DNA of 24,000 bases, from sequence record NC_028974.1; one strand, written 5' to 3'. Under the pieces are notes generated by a model. It saw only the letters and a program-made list of their open reading frames with translations, had not been told where the DNA came from and made no database searches. A program made the translations under genes and the position numbers. Origin of the DNA: Streptomyces phage YDN12. Each line of letters begins with the position of its first letter. Position 1 is the stretch's first letter. Shown one piece after another: positions 21,896 through 24,000 of the stretch.

Positions 21896-23956
21896 GTGGA
21901 CGCCTTCGACACACCGACGCTCATCCCCGAGCGGCCGAAGAAGAACCCGAAGAAGCCGCCGGGACCGAGCGTCACCGAGCGGATGACCCGCGCGGGCGAG
22001 ACCGTTGGACGCGGACTCGACCTGGCCGGCAGCGCCTTCGCGGGCCCCGCACAGCACTGGCACGACGCGGCCACGAAGCGGCTCGGGGCCCGCACCGAGG
22101 ACGCCCGGAAGGCGCTGCTGGAAGCCAACCGCAACCGGCGGGACGCCATGCGGGACCTTCGCCGCGACCGGAAGGCGTTCGAGAAAGCCCGCGATGAAGT
22201 GTCCTGGTGGAACATCTTCAACGGTGAGCGCCGCGCCGCGCGCGCCGTGGTGCGGGACACCCGGCAGCTGGCCGCCGAGGCACGCTCGGTCCGCCGTGAA
22301 GCCGCGAAGGCGTACCCGCTCACCCTGCCGCAGCTGGCCGCACGCTGCCACGCTGCGCACATGAGCGCAACGGGGCTGTGGTGGCTGCTGTCGGACAGCA
22401 TCGCGTCCGACGTCGCAGCCGGAACGAGCGTTGCGGCCATCGCCTTCAACGTCGCAACGGTGTGGCTCGGCGGTCGCCACGTGTCGCAGGACACCGTGGA
22501 CGCCGCGCTGGAAGCGCTGTCCCCGTCGCAGGAAGAACGCGACCTGTTGCAGCGGCTGGACCCGAAGGTGTGGCACGGCGTTGCGGAACCGCGCGGACTG
22601 GCGGACGTCGTTGCGGGCGGTGCGACGCTGACCAACTCGGGCATCCAGGTGAAGCTGACGCTGAACGGCAGCATGGACCTGGCCACGTTGCAGAAGAAGG
22701 AAGCGCAGCTGCGTGCCGCGTTGCGGCTGCGTGAGGGCACCCGCATGGAACTGCGTGAGGGGAAGACCGGCGGCCACGCCCGGCTGACCCTGCGGACCCG
22801 CAGCCGCGCGGACGGGCTGGACCTGACCGGCTGGAAGCCGGGCGACGCGTGGGCGGTCAACACGATCACGGGCGAGACGGTGCCGGTGCCGCTCGGGAAG
22901 CGGCTGCTGTTCGCGGGAACGAGCGGCGCGGGGAAGTCCTGGTCCGCCCGCCCGCTGATGGCCGAGGCGTCCGAGCACGAAGACCACCGGCTGGTCATTT
23001 TCGACCGGAAGCACATCGAGGCGGTCAACTGGCAGCACCGGGCCCGCACAGCCACCGAGCTGGACGAGATGCGGGACCTGTGCGCCGAGCTGATCGCGGA
23101 AGGGGAAGACCGGCTGAAGCTGATCCCGCGCGGTGAGGACGTCGTCAGCATCAGCCCGAGCCGGCCGCGCATCACGGTCTTCGTGGACGAAGGCGGGGAA
23201 CTGATCAGCGACTCGAAGACAAAGTACCCGAAGGACGAAAACGGGCTGTCCGACTACCAGGACATCATGACGTCCATGCGGACGATCGCCCGGAAGTACC
23301 GCGCGGCGGAAATCATCCTGGTGTGGTGCACGCAGAAGCCCGCGCTGTCCGGTGACGGGCACGGACTTGACTCACAGATCGCGGGTCAGCTCGTGCACCG
23401 GCTGTCGCTCGCCCTGGCGACCACCACGGACGCGCAGGTGGTCTTCGGAAACGACGCGATCGAGAAGGGGTGGAAGGCGAACGAGCTGCCCATGCCGGGC
23501 TTCGCCCTGTTCCGGAACCAGGAACTGGGGCCGAAGTCCATCCCGCAGATGATGAAGATGCGGGCCATGTCCCCGAAGGACGTCATTGCGCTGCCGCCGC
23601 GTCCCATCTGGCACCGGTCCACCGGCCGCGCCTCGGCGGCGGACGTGGCGGCCCGGAAGGCGATCGAGGCGGACGCGCAGGCGCTGGCCGCCACCACGGT
23701 GGTGGACCCGTGGGCGGGGACCGACGTGGACACCGACACGGTGCCGCTGCTGGACCCGCCGAAGGCACGTGTGTCCGCCGAGGACCGGGACGATCAGATC
23801 ATCCGCATCCTGGAAGACGACCCGTGCCAGACGCTGTCCGAGCTGGCCCGGCTGACCGGCGCGAGCAAGTCCGTGGTGAAGCGCCGGCTGGACCAGATGG
23901 AAGTTGACGGGCTGGTCGTCAGGGACGAAGACAACTGCTGGCACCCGGTACGCTAG
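21896..23956 (+). CDS. FtsK/SpoIIIE/TraB-type DNA translocase
   Basis: LLFAGTSGAGKSWSARPL (Walker A), PRITVFVDEGGELI (Walker B), ILVWCTQKP, DSQIAGQLVHRLSLAL; C-terminal winged-helix-like TLSELARLTGASKSVVKRRLDQMEVDGLVVRD; GTG start at 21896 after aggaaggacagg. Confidence 0.85.
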   Translation: MDAFDTPTLIPERPKKNPKKPPGPSVTERMTRAGETVGRGLDLAGSAFAGPAQHWHDAATKRLGARTEDARKALLEANRNRRDAMRDLRRDRKAFEKARDEVSWWNIFNGERRAARAVVRDTRQLAAEARSVRREAAKAYPLTLPQLAARCHAAHMSATGLWWLLSDSIASDVAAGTSVAAIAFNVATVWLGGRHVSQDTVDAALEALSPSQEERDLLQRLDPKVWHGVAEPRGLADVVAGGATLTNSGIQVKLTLNGSMDLATLQKKEAQLRAALRLREGTRMELREGKTGGHARLTLRTRSRADGLDLTGWKPGDAWAVNTITGETVPVPLGKRLLFAGTSGAGKSWSARPLMAEASEHEDHRLVIFDRKHIEAVNWQHRARTATELDEMRDLCAELIAEGEDRLKLIPRGEDVVSISPSRPRITVFVDEGGELISDSKTKYPKDENGLSDYQDIMTSMRTIARKYRAAEIILVWCTQKPALSGDGHGLDSQIAGQLVHRLSLALATTTDAQVVFGNDAIEKGWKANELPMPGFALFRNQELGPKSIPQMMKMRAMSPKDVIALPPRPIWHRSTGRASAADVAARKAIEADAQALAATTVVDPWAGTDVDTDTVPLLDPPKARVSAEDRDDQIIRILEDDPCQTLSELARLTGASKSVVKRRLDQMEVDGLVVRDEDNCWHPVR

Positions 23957-24000
23957 GGCCAGCCCCACGCAAGCGAAGGCCACCAGGACCCGTCCCCCTG

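Noticed and set aside
20282-23362. 1026-aa minus-strand ORF
   Set aside because: Antisense to the TM/HTH and FtsK-like genes; no credible start context or motifs.

Overview
High-GC (about 70%) actinobacterial, Streptomyces-like mobile DNA. It reads as an early/replication region of a temperate phage or phage-plasmid. Genes from 1 to 8945 run leftward: a Cas4-like PD-(D/E)XK nuclease, family-A DNA polymerase, TOPRIM/SF3 primase-helicase, a sortase-like secreted protein and small hypotheticals. One small rightward HTH gene sits at 3392-3592. A 660-bp divergent intergenic region follows, centred on a very large symmetric inverted repeat. From 9608 onward genes run rightward: a Cys-rich SF2 helicase, a RapZ-C-like protein, a DUF3307-like membrane protein, a RuvC-like resolvase, a Nudix hydrolase, a HicA-like protein, zinc-knuckle proteins, an unusual TM+HTH protein and an FtsK/SpoIIIE/TraB-type translocase. 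The main non-coding signal is a family of compact intergenic cassettes. In these a GC hairpin (probable terminator) carries a TTGCAT/TTGCAC -35 box in its loop or 3' arm, exactly 17 bp before a -10 hexamer, so single genes are individually insulated and re-promoted. Other signals are the 29-bp-core bipartite inverted repeat at 9317-9546, a 12-bp-phased GGAACGG repeat array upstream of the FtsK/TraB-like gene, and tRNA T-arm-like sequences behind two large tandem hairpins near 570-780. All assignments come from reading the sequence; no database search was run.
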